64,000 nt of DNA from Trueperaceae bacterium (lineage in GTDB: Bacteria > Deinococcota > Deinococci > Deinococcales > Trueperaceae). The translations under genes were made by a program, and so were the position numbers. Below the pieces are notes generated by a model. The model was not told the origin of the DNA, did not search any database, and saw nothing but the letters and a program-made list of their open reading frames with translations. Numbering within the stretch: position 1 is the first letter of the stretch; every line of letters begins with the position of its first letter. The DNA is taken from the NCBI GenBank assembly GCA_965215565.1, contig CBDCDZ010000004.1:1664001-1728000 (forward strand). The letters are read 5' to 3'. Shown piece after piece: positions 1 to 8,576 of this stretch.

Positions 1-1
1 G

Positions 2-910
2 GGAGATAAGGCGATTATCTTAGACAACGGTCACATGGAGGGCTTCATCGGCGGCGCGTGCTCCCGCGACATCATCCGCAAGCAGGCACTTTCAGCTTTG
101 AAACTCGAGCAACCCCGCCTAGTCCGCATCACCCCCGATCCTCTCCCAGCAAAGAATGAAGCCGCCGGGCGCGACGAGGTATGGGTGCCCATGTCGTGCT
201 CGAGCGAAGGGGCAGTGGACGTGTATTTGGAACCTCATTTGGAAAAGAAGCGCCTCTTAGTCGTCGGCACCTCACCCATTGCGATTGCTCTTGCTAAACA
301 GGGCGACTTTTTGGGCTACGAGGTTTCGCTCGCCTACGACAAAGGAGAACGCTCTACTGTAGAGATGGACTTAGGTGCAGCGATGGTTAAACTCTTCGAG
401 GTGCGGCATCTGGGGCACTGGCTAGGGGGACTCTCGAGCACGCAAAGAGGCAAGCTCGCCGCTGTCGTCGCCTCGATGGGGCATTACGACGAAGAGGCGT
501 TAGCCCAACTTATTCCTGCGCAGCCTCATTACCTGGCTTTAGTGGCGAGTCGTAAACGCGCAGCAACCGTCAAAGATGTACTCGATACGATGGGCGTGAG
601 CGACTTCGGGCGCGTCCGCAGCCCCGCCGGGCTCGACATCAGTGCGAAAAGTCCCGCCGAAGTCGCCCTTTCAATCTTGGCCGAGATGGTGCAGGTCTAT
701 CAAGCCGCGAAACAGCAAGAGGTCAACGAGTCAAAATTGGGACAAACGAAAACAACCGAAGAGGCTACTGACCCCGTCTGCGGCATGAGCGTCGATATGG
801 CGCACGCGCGTCATCAAAGCGAACTGGACGACACAACCTACTACTTCTGCTGCCCGAACTGCAAACGCCGCTTCGACCACGATCCCGAGCGGTACTTACA
901 AGCAGCATGA
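2..910 (+). CDS. XdhC/CoxF-family molybdoenzyme accessory protein with C-terminal YHS/TRASH domain (5' end outside window)
   Basis: Frame is open from nt 2 (GDKAIILDNGHMEGFIGGAC). XdhC motifs SCSSEG and SPAGLDISAKSPAEVALSILAE. C-terminal DPVCGM...YYFCCPNC. Confidence 0.85.
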   Translation, partial: GDKAIILDNGHMEGFIGGACSRDIIRKQALSALKLEQPRLVRITPDPLPAKNEAAGRDEVWVPMSCSSEGAVDVYLEPHLEKKRLLVVGTSPIAIALAKQGDFLGYEVSLAYDKGERSTVEMDLGAAMVKLFEVRHLGHWLGGLSSTQRGKLAAVVASMGHYDEEALAQLIPAQPHYLALVASRKRAATVKDVLDTMGVSDFGRVRSPAGLDISAKSPAEVALSILAEMVQVYQAAKQQEVNESKLGQTKTTEEATDPVCGMSVDMAHARHQSELDDTTYYFCCPNCKRRFDHDPERYLQAA

Positions 911-1791
911 CGGACTTAACTGCTGAGACGATCCAAAGACGTTTAGAGACGAAAGGTTATCTCGCAGACGACGCTTTAGCGACTGCACTAGAACTCGTCA
1001 CGACGATGCACAAACCTCTTCTCGTGGAAGGTCCGGCGGGCGTCGGCAAGACGGAGAGTGCGAAAGTCTTAGCGGAGATGCTGAATACGAAACTCATCCG
1101 TTTGCAGTGCTATGAGGGACTAGACGCGGCTACCTCTTTATACGAGTGGAACTATCCCAAGCAGATGCTTCATATCCGGTTGACGGAGAATGAGGGTAAG
1201 GGCGTCAAAGAGCGCGAAGCCGAGATTTTTGGTCCCGCCTTCCTCTTGCGCCGACCTCTTCTCGAGGCGATTTCTGAACCTGAACGCTCCCCTGTCCTTC
1301 TGATTGACGAAATTGACCGTGCGGACGAAGAGTTTGAGGCATTTTTGCTCGAGCTTCTGGGCGAATTTCAAGTCACCATCCCCGAACTCGGCACCATCAA
1401 GGCGCAGCACAAACCCTTTGTCATTCTCACCTCCAACCGCATCCGTGACCTCTCGGACGCCCTGCGGCGGCGCTGCTTGTATCTCTGGCAGCCCTACCCG
1501 AGTTTCGATAAAGAGGTGCAGATTTTGCGCGCAAGGCTGCCCAGTATTGACGAGCGTCTAGCGGAGCAAATCGGGCGCGTGATGACGTATTTGCGCGGGC
1601 TCCCTCTCAATAAACTTCCTGGCGTAGCGGAGAGCCTGGATTGGGGAACGGCGTTGATGTTGCTCCATCATGAAAAATTGGAGCCACACGTTCTCGAGAA
1701 AACTTTAGGCTGCATCGTCAAGGATTTCGAGGATTGGGAGACCGTCGAGGAGCGTAAAGGGGAGTTGGAGCGGGTGCTCGAGCGTACCTAA
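907..1791 (+). CDS. MoxR-family AAA+ ATPase (CoxD-like)
   Basis: Walker A GPAGVGKT, RLQCYEGLD, Walker B LLIDEID, LSDALRRRC. ATGA overlap with the upstream gene. Confidence 0.9.
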   Translation: MTDLTAETIQRRLETKGYLADDALATALELVTTMHKPLLVEGPAGVGKTESAKVLAEMLNTKLIRLQCYEGLDAATSLYEWNYPKQMLHIRLTENEGKGVKEREAEIFGPAFLLRRPLLEAISEPERSPVLLIDEIDRADEEFEAFLLELLGEFQVTIPELGTIKAQHKPFVILTSNRIRDLSDALRRRCLYLWQPYPSFDKEVQILRARLPSIDERLAEQIGRVMTYLRGLPLNKLPGVAESLDWGTALMLLHHEKLEPHVLEKTLGCIVKDFEDWETVEERKGELERVLERT

Positions 1792-1798
1792 GATTAAG

Positions 1799-2995
1799 AT
1801 GAGTCAACCTCTCCCCTATTTATTCCCACACAGCGATTTGCCGCGCAACCTCCTCGCTTTTTGCGAACGCTTGCGTTCAAAAGGCTTCACCATCGGACCG
1901 CAAGAGGTCAGCGACGCTCTGCGTGCGGTTGAAACCGTCGGCGTCGCGAACCGGACGAAGTTCCGCACCGCCCTCAAGCTCGTGCTCTGCACCCGCTTGG
2001 AGGACGCGGCGCAGTTCGATACGCTCTTTTACGCCTTCTTTTTGGATAAGAGGTTGGAGGCGAAAGGAAGCACGCGGGATGCCGAAGCGCACGAAGCGGT
2101 GGACGAGAACACCACGCAAGAGGACGAATCATCAGGTGAAAAGGTTGGTCAAGAGGTTGAGCGCGAGACTCAATCACTAGAAATTCACGAGAGTGATGGT
2201 GAAGGCGAGAAGGGACATAACCCGCTGCTCCGCGCTTGGTTCAGCTACGCCGCCGCGCAGAGCGAAACCCCCGTCACGCTCCCACAAGAGGACATGGATA
2301 AGATGCTCGCCGCTGCCAAACACCTCGCCACGCGCTTACGCCTCGGCAAGAGCCGCCGCTGGCGCAGTTCAAAGCATGGTCAACGTTTCGACGTGCGGCG
2401 CACCTTGCGCCACTCTTTGCAGACGGGCGGCGAGGCGGTCATTCCGCTCTGGCTCACCCACCCGCCGCGCAAACCGCGCTTCGTGCTCCTATTAGACGGA
2501 AGCCGCTCGGTGGCGGCGCATAGCGGCGTGCTGTTGCAGTTTGCGCAGGCGCTTACTAGACGAACCTCGAGGGTTGAAACCTTTGTCTTCTCCACCCAGT
2601 TGCGCCGCATCAGCGCGGAACTTAGACAGGCACTCAAACAGGGAGATTCGCTGCAGAACTTGGGCGAGGCTTGGGGCGGCGGTACTCGTTTGGGCGAGAG
2701 TTTAGAAACTTTTGTGCGAAAGCACAGCGCCAGGCTTACGAAAGATACGCTCGTTATCATCGCGAGCGACGGGCTCGATACGACAGATGACCAAACACCC
2801 CTTGAACGCGCTATGCGCGAGCTGCATCGCCGCTCAGCGGGCGTGGTGTGGCTCAATCCACTTTTAGAAACGAAAGGTTACGCGCCGACTGCGCGTGGTA
2901 TGCTGAGCGCGTTACCTTACATAGACACGTTGACGAGCGCACGAGACGCAGCTTCATTTCGGGCGTTGGCGGACGAGATTCACCTGAGGAAATGA
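1799..2995 (+). CDS. VWA-domain CoxE-like protein
   Basis: LLDGSRS MIDAS-like motif, WGGGTRLG, SDGLD, VVWLNPL. Follows the MoxR ATPase. Confidence 0.88.
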   Translation: MSQPLPYLFPHSDLPRNLLAFCERLRSKGFTIGPQEVSDALRAVETVGVANRTKFRTALKLVLCTRLEDAAQFDTLFYAFFLDKRLEAKGSTRDAEAHEAVDENTTQEDESSGEKVGQEVERETQSLEIHESDGEGEKGHNPLLRAWFSYAAAQSETPVTLPQEDMDKMLAAAKHLATRLRLGKSRRWRSSKHGQRFDVRRTLRHSLQTGGEAVIPLWLTHPPRKPRFVLLLDGSRSVAAHSGVLLQFAQALTRRTSRVETFVFSTQLRRISAELRQALKQGDSLQNLGEAWGGGTRLGESLETFVRKHSARLTKDTLVIIASDGLDTTDDQTPLERAMRELHRRSAGVVWLNPLLETKGYAPTARGMLSALPYIDTLTSARDAASFRALADEIHLRK

Positions 2996-3035
2996 GCGCG
3001 GAAAACGAACAGGTACGAAAGTAGGCAGTAGAAAC

Positions 3036-4175
3036 ATGCGCGAAGAGGACAAACTTTTAGAGGCAATTCAAGAGGCGAAGGTAGCGGGCAAGGACGCCGT
3101 CATCGCCACCGTCGTGCGCGTGGTGGGCTCGGCGTATCGGCGCGAAGGCACGAAGATGCTTGTAGACAGCGCAGGCGAACAGGTCTGCATGATATCGGGC
3201 GGCTGCTTAGAGGCGGAAATCGGCGAAATCGCGAAAGAGGTCATGACATCGGGCGAGCCGCAGACGCACTTCTTTGATTTGAGCGAAGAGGTGCTTTGGG
3301 GGCTCGGGCTCGGGTGTGGTGGGGCGGTAGAGGTGTATTTGGAGCCCATCCGAACCACCTCCGCCTTCACCGCGTGGCAAGAGGCCGTCAAAGCGCAGCG
3401 GGGCAGCGTTTTAGCGACCGTCATGACCTCTTCAGTAGAACATGTACCCGTAACCGCCCGCATGTTCATCTCTGAGAGCGAAACTATCGGCGACTTGCAC
3501 GACGAACGCCTTACGAAAGAGGTGCGAGAGGTCGCGCAGCGAAAACTCACCTCTTTAGCCCAACGCTCCGAGATGCGCCGCTTCGAGGTTACAGGAGAGA
3601 AAGAGGTGGGTGAAATCGAAGTCTTTATTGACGTGAGCTTGCCGCCGCCCGAACTCATCATTTTCGGCGCAGGACACGACGCGATACCTCTTGCGGCGCA
3701 AGCCCACGCGCTTGGATTTAACGTCACAGTCGTAGACGCCCGCCCTGCCTTTACCACCGAAGAACGCTTCCCGAACGTCAACACGCTGGTCATTTCGCAC
3801 CCTTCAAAATTCGCAGAGCGCGTCAAGATTACACCGCGCAGCTTCGTTGTGGTGATGAATCATCACTTGGAGCGCGATAAAGGCAGCCTCGCTTATGCGC
3901 TAAAGTCAGACGCGCCTTATGTCGGCGTATTGGGACCGCGCTCGAGGTTCGAAGAGATAGTCGAGGCGCTCGTTGAGGAGGGGTTAGAACCCAGCAAGGC
4001 GGAGCAAGGCAGAGTTCACAACCCCGTCGGCTTGGACATCGGCGCGGAGACGCCCGCTGAAATTGCGCACAGCATCATGAGTGAGATTTTGGCGGTGCGC
4101 AGTGGGTATAGGGGTGGCTTCTTAAAGGAGCGTTCGGGACGGATTCATGCGTTTCGGTCAAAGGTGCCGGTTTAG
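3036..4175 (+). CDS. XdhC/CoxI family accessory protein
   Basis: GSAYRREG, ISGGCLE, GLGCGG, FGAGHDA, NPVGLDIGAETPAEIA. Confidence 0.9.
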   Translation: MREEDKLLEAIQEAKVAGKDAVIATVVRVVGSAYRREGTKMLVDSAGEQVCMISGGCLEAEIGEIAKEVMTSGEPQTHFFDLSEEVLWGLGLGCGGAVEVYLEPIRTTSAFTAWQEAVKAQRGSVLATVMTSSVEHVPVTARMFISESETIGDLHDERLTKEVREVAQRKLTSLAQRSEMRRFEVTGEKEVGEIEVFIDVSLPPPELIIFGAGHDAIPLAAQAHALGFNVTVVDARPAFTTEERFPNVNTLVISHPSKFAERVKITPRSFVVVMNHHLERDKGSLAYALKSDAPYVGVLGPRSRFEEIVEALVEEGLEPSKAEQGRVHNPVGLDIGAETPAEIAHSIMSEILAVRSGYRGGFLKERSGRIHAFRSKVPV

Positions 4176-4233
4176 ACTGCTTGTGCGCTGAAAGGTGAAA
4201 CGCGCTACCCCTTGAGCGCTCGAGAGGACTAGA

Positions 4234-4437
4234 ATGCCCTACGTCAACATCAAAATCACTAAAGAGGGCGCGACGAAAGCGCAAAAAGCTCGACTGATTG
4301 AAGGGACGACTAAGCTGCTGCAAGAGGTCCTGGGCAAAAATCCGGCGACGACAATTGTCGTAATCGAAGAGGTTGAAACGGATAACTGGGGCGTGGCGGG
4401 TGAACCGGTGACGGAGCGGCGGAAACGAGGAGAGTAA
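4234..4437 (+). CDS. 4-oxalocrotonate tautomerase family protein
   Basis: Catalytic Pro after Met (MPYVNIKI), 67 aa, NWGVAG. GAGGA RBS. Confidence 0.88.
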   Translation: MPYVNIKITKEGATKAQKARLIEGTTKLLQEVLGKNPATTIVVIEEVETDNWGVAGEPVTERRKRGE

Positions 4438-4497
4438 CGAATGGACACTCCCGCTGACCTCATCTCGCCCGAAGCTTAGTGCTCTCACGGCAGAACC

Positions 4498-4890
4498 TCA
4501 CCACACTCTAGCCACGGGAAACTGATCGAACGCTCTATCCTTGCTGAGGAGTGCCACCTCTTCTAGCACAGCTTGAGCCGCTAACAAACGGTCAAAAGGG
4601 TCTTTATGCGTCACCTTGAACCGTCCCGCCAAACGTGTATGCGAGGTGCGGATGACGAGTTCTCGCACGCCTAAACGTTGAGCGAATTCAGCGTAACGCG
4701 CCTCGTCCATAAAAGGCGCGACCTCTGACCATTTGCCCGCATAGTGCTTGATACTCATCTCCCAAATGCTTATAGGACTTACCAGAAGTTCGTTCTTTGG
4801 ATCGCGCAGATGCGCTCGCGCGGTTTCGCCAAGTAATGTAGGATCGCCTACCGCCCAAGCTAAGGTGTGAGTGTCGAGTAGATAACGCAC
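4498..4890 (-). CDS. vapC: PIN-domain toxin (VapC family)
   Basis: LLDTH, SIWE, HKDPFDRLLAAQA, LLSKD. Confidence 0.9.
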   Translation of the reverse strand: MRYLLDTHTLAWAVGDPTLLGETARAHLRDPKNELLVSPISIWEMSIKHYAGKWSEVAPFMDEARYAEFAQRLGVRELVIRTSHTRLAGRFKVTHKDPFDRLLAAQAVLEEVALLSKDRAFDQFPVARVW

Positions 4891-4893
4891 GGT

Positions 4894-5136
4894 TTACTCA
4901 GCGTGGTTGTGAATTTCATAGAAAGCGTCTATTACGTCGTCCTCGGTAGGCTCCAACAAATCACTCTGGAAGTGGATAGGATAAAAGCCTAGCTCGCGCT
5001 CTTCAGGTTTAGCCAAACCGACGAGTTTGGCAACAGGCTTACCGTAACGAGAGATGGTGATTTCTTCACCCTTCATAACCGCCTCGATAAGTTCGGAGAG
5101 GTGCGCTTTTACTTCGTGCAATTGGAGCGTTTTCAT
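4894..5136 (-). CDS. Phd/YefM family antitoxin
   Basis: LHEVKAHLSELI...GEEITISRYGKPVAKL. Directly upstream of the PIN toxin. Confidence 0.9.
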   Translation of the reverse strand: MKTLQLHEVKAHLSELIEAVMKGEEITISRYGKPVAKLVGLAKPEERELGFYPIHFQSDLLEPTEDDVIDAFYEIHNHAE

Positions 5137-5140
5137 CTTT

Positions 5141-5162
5141 TTAGTCTAAACGAATAGACCAA
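5141..5162. promoter_or_regulatory. Imperfect palindrome over the antitoxin -10 box (putative TA operator)
   Basis: TTAGTCTA-aacgaa-TAGACCAA. Overlaps a minus-strand TAGACT 6 nt before the ATG. Confidence 0.5.
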
Positions 5163-5221
5163 CAAATGCTAGCGTTGCAGCGTAGAAGAGGTCCAATCCT
5201 TCGCGCCCAACGTCACGAGGT

Positions 5222-5467
5222 CTAAGGGCGCGGGTTGCGTCCCTTCTGCCAGCCGCCGTCCGCGCCGCCCACCCAGTAATGCTCACCACCCGGATAGGTT
5301 TGCAAAACTTCGACGACCGTTTGGAGTGGGACGCGGTAGGCGAAGCGGGTTTTGAGGTACCACAGCTCGAGCCCTCCTGTTAGCTCCTCGCTCTGATGCA
5401 AGCCTAAACGTTCCGCGTAGACGAGCGAGCGGTTGACAGCGAGGTCAAAAAGGGCGTCGCGCGCCAC
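5222..5467 (-). CDS. Small hypothetical protein (81 aa)
   Basis: GTG start 1 nt after the tyrA stop. Protein-like sequence (V/M)ARDALFDLAVNRS...LWYLKTRFAYRVPL...WVGGADGGW. The longer ORF called in the track overlaps tyrA. Confidence 0.65.
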   Translation of the reverse strand: MARDALFDLAVNRSLVYAERLGLHQSEELTGGLELWYLKTRFAYRVPLQTVVEVLQTYPGGEHYWVGGADGGWQKGRNPRP

Positions 5468-5468
5468 C

Positions 5469-6557
5469 TCACCCTCTCCCCCGCGCCTCGTAGCCCGCCT
5501 CGGTGAGCGCCCGCGTCCCCTCCCTAAGCTGCGCCTCGTCTTCAAAGGCGAGCCGCACCGCACCGCCCGCCTCGCGGATGCCCAAGACTTCGATGTCTTT
5601 GATGTTGACGCCCGCTTCGCCCAGCGCTCTAGTGATCTTGGAGAGTTCCCCAGCGCGGTCGGGCACGGCGATGACGATTTCAAAGCGGGCGGGCAAGAGA
5701 CCGCGTTTAACGATGGGGAAGCTGTCACGGGTGTGCTTGGCGGCTTCGGCGCGGTTTAACATCCCGTCCGAATCGTTCAAGAGGTCTTCCAAATGCCCTA
5801 GCTGCGCTCGGAACGTCTCCAAGGTTTTGCGTAACGCCGCCTTGTTGCCCACCACCATGTCGCGGCTCATGCGCGGGCTGCCCGACGCCACGCGGGTCAG
5901 ATCGCGAAAACCGCCCGCCGCTAGGAGCATCATGAGGTCGCGGTCTTCGTCCTCGGCGATGAGTTGGGTCAGGGCGACGGCGGCGAGGTAGGGAACGTGG
6001 CTGACAGCGGCGACTAAGCGGTCGTGCTGCGCGGGGTCAGCTTGGATAGGTTTCGCGCCCAAGTGAGTGACGAAGGTGTGAACGTGCTCTAACACCCCCT
6101 TATCCGCTCCTTCGTTCGGCGTCAGCACCCACACCGCATTTTCCAAAAGCGCCGCGTCCGCGTTCTGCACGCCGATGCGCTCGCTCCCCGCCATCGGATG
6201 TCCGCCGACGAAGCGCAAGTCGCTAAGCTCCGCGCAGATGTCCGCCTTGACGCTGCCGACATCCGTAAGAATGGTCTTTTCGCCTAAAAACGGCGCTAGA
6301 CCTCTCGCTAAGGGCACGATTGTTTTAGCGGGCGAGGCGAGGATGATGAGGTCAACCTCTTTGAGCCAGTCGCCGGGGCGGAGCTGCGCCTCGTCGATGA
6401 CGCCCAAGCCGACCGCAGCTTCGAGCGCCGCCGGGTCCCTGTCCAAGCCGATGACCTTGTTCGCCAAAAACCGCTGACGAACTCCAAGCCCGATCGAGCC
6501 GCCGATAAGCCCGACGCCCGCGATGACGATAGTGTTGAAAAGAGGTTCAGGACGCAT
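5469..6557 (-). CDS. tyrA: Prephenate/arogenate dehydrogenase with C-terminal ACT domain
   Basis: GVGLIGGS, DVGSVK, GGHPMAGSE, HDRLVAAVSHVP, GFRDLTRVA, ACT motif VPDRAGEL. Confidence 0.93.
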   Translation of the reverse strand: MRPEPLFNTIVIAGVGLIGGSIGLGVRQRFLANKVIGLDRDPAALEAAVGLGVIDEAQLRPGDWLKEVDLIILASPAKTIVPLARGLAPFLGEKTILTDVGSVKADICAELSDLRFVGGHPMAGSERIGVQNADAALLENAVWVLTPNEGADKGVLEHVHTFVTHLGAKPIQADPAQHDRLVAAVSHVPYLAAVALTQLIAEDEDRDLMMLLAAGGFRDLTRVASGSPRMSRDMVVGNKAALRKTLETFRAQLGHLEDLLNDSDGMLNRAEAAKHTRDSFPIVKRGLLPARFEIVIAVPDRAGELSKITRALGEAGVNIKDIEVLGIREAGGAVRLAFEDEAQLREGTRALTEAGYEARGRG

Positions 6558-6576
6558 AAGAAAGGTTACAGGATTA

Positions 6577-6817
6577 TAGCAAGTCTCAGGCGGAGCCTAG
6601 CGGAACTTCATTTGGTTTGAGTGAATGAAATTATGCGAAGAGACGCTCTCACGATGTAAAACACCGTTGCTTAACGGCAAACTACGTCATTCGCTTTGCG
6701 AAAACTTCGTCCCTACAGGCTTTCAGAAATTAGCATACACTTGATTGTAATGAGGTTCCGTTGTAGCAAGCTGTGCAACCTGCGTGATTCGCTTCTCAGC
6801 TTTTCTGATAACCGCTA
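6577..6817 (+). mobile_element. MITE-like repeat, copy 1
   Basis: TAGCAAGT...TTCATTTGGTTTGAG...TAGCATACAC...TCTCAGC...AACCGCTA. Flanks TTA/TGA. Confidence 0.75.
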
Positions 6818-7166
6818 TGAAAGGTTTTGCGAAGGGGACTGAGATAAGAAATCCTAGCAGGTTTTCGGGCGGGCTCGAGGTGACACGGGCTCGAGCCCGT
6901 CACCGACACAGAAAATAGATCAAGACAGTGTGCGCCGCTACCTCTCAGCAAACTGTTAAAAATCTCTCATGAGGGGCGCTTAAACTGAAAGGCGTGGGTG
7001 GCCTCCCATACGACGTTGGCTTTTCACACGACAACCGAGTCACGCCCAAAAAGAGCACCGCGGTTACGGATGTGGTGCTTTTCGTTTCACCCTTCACTTT
7101 CTCTCTACAGCTCCTGGGACACCGGGGCGGCGGCTCGAGCTTATCTTGACACCCCTGGGAGTTATC

Positions 7167-8429
7167 ATGACATCTACGCAAGCTATCCGCCGAGTGACCT
7201 CTCTATTCGCACTTCTCTTCTCGTTTGGCATTTTGAGCGCCTGTTCCGACGACGCAGCGTCCGAGGTGGGCGAGGGGCAACCTGTCGGGGCGGACAGGGC
7301 GCTGCTCGAGCTTAACGGCGAGACCCCCGGCTTCGGCGGTCTCTTCTACGACGAGCGCGGCGCGCTCAACGTCTACGTGCAGCGCGGTCAGCTCGCTACA
7401 CTCTCAGAAGGCGAGTTGGAAAGCACGTTCGCGGACTACTTGGCGCGCCCTTTGCGCGGCAGTTTGGACGCGCAGGGGTTGGGGCAAGGCAGCGAGGCGC
7501 AGCGTGACCTCGAGGTTTTAGAGGGCGACTACACCTTCCGCGACCTCTTAGCGTGGCGGTCACACGTAGACAGCTTAGGCGTCGAGGGCGTGGTGCTCAC
7601 CGACGCGGACGAGCGCCTCAACCGCGTGCGCGTCGGCGTGACGGACGAGGCGGCAAAGGCGAAACTCAAGGCGCGCTTAGCCGAGCAAAACATTCCTGCA
7701 GACGCCGTCGTTATCGAAGAGGTCACGCCCTACGCCGTGACCAAGAGCCTGCGCAGCAAGGTGCGCCCGCTCGTCGGCGGCTTAGAGATTGAGTACAGCG
7801 ACTCCGTCTGCACGTTGGGCTTTAACGCCAAGCGAAAAGGGCAAAAGGGCTTCGTGACGAACTCGCACTGCACCGACGAAGCGGGCGGCACAGAAGGGAC
7901 GCGCTACGCCCAGGGCGGCGGGCACGTTGGCGTGGAGCGGGCGGACCCTGAGTACCGAGAGAGCAAGAACTGCCCGGCGGGTAGGCGCTGCCGCACCTCC
8001 GACAGCGCGTTCATCGCCGCCCCGAACGTCAAGCGCAACACGGACGCGCTCGCGAGGACGGCGAAGCGGAGCGTAACGCTTGAAGGCAAGCTCGACATCA
8101 TGGGGCAAGGAGCGAGCACAGTCGCAGGCGAAAAACTCGACAAGGTAGGGCGCTCGACGGGCTGGACCCTCGGCGAAGCGGAGGAGACCTGCGTGAGCGT
8201 CGATGTCTACGACGAAGACGGCGACACGGGGCGCACGCTCCTGTGCCAAGACATCGTCTCCGCCGACATGGATTACGGTGACAGCGGCGCGCCGGTCTTT
8301 CGCTACGCAGGCGGCGGCGAGGTCTACATGCGCGGCGTCTTGTGGGGCGGCGCAGACGGCACCTACGTCTTTAGCCCCGCCGAGCAAATCCGCCGGGAGT
8401 TGAAACTCGACCGAGAAGCCGGCAGGTAG
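7167..8429 (+). CDS. Lipoprotein S1 (alpha-lytic/streptogrisin-like) serine protease with pro-region
   Basis: Lipobox ILSAC, CTLGF, TNSHC (His), SDSAFI (Asp), GDSGAP (Ser). Confidence 0.85.
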   Translation: MTSTQAIRRVTSLFALLFSFGILSACSDDAASEVGEGQPVGADRALLELNGETPGFGGLFYDERGALNVYVQRGQLATLSEGELESTFADYLARPLRGSLDAQGLGQGSEAQRDLEVLEGDYTFRDLLAWRSHVDSLGVEGVVLTDADERLNRVRVGVTDEAAKAKLKARLAEQNIPADAVVIEEVTPYAVTKSLRSKVRPLVGGLEIEYSDSVCTLGFNAKRKGQKGFVTNSHCTDEAGGTEGTRYAQGGGHVGVERADPEYRESKNCPAGRRCRTSDSAFIAAPNVKRNTDALARTAKRSVTLEGKLDIMGQGASTVAGEKLDKVGRSTGWTLGEAEETCVSVDVYDEDGDTGRTLLCQDIVSADMDYGDSGAPVFRYAGGGEVYMRGVLWGGADGTYVFSPAEQIRRELKLDREAGR

Positions 8430-8463
8430 AAGGGGAATCTCTTTCTCCCGCTGGTAGTTCTAA

Positions 8464-8554
8464 GTAGAACGTCGCCGTGTAACGAACAAGGGGTTGAAAC
8501 CCCTTGTTTCGACATCCCTTGCTTCGATATCAGCGTCATTCCAGATAGAGCCAC
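8464..8554 (-). repeat. Dispersed palindromic repeat family B, copy 1
   Basis: Core AACAAGGGGTTGAAACCCCTTGTT. The reverse complement aligns with 13932-14003. Confidence 0.7.
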
Positions 8555-8576
8555 GACTCTCCTGGCTTCTCCACCC

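Noticed and set aside
6577..6817. IS630-like TA target duplication for the MITE
   Set aside because: Six copies and the split REP show 3-bp duplications outside the terminal TA, so the TA belongs to the element.
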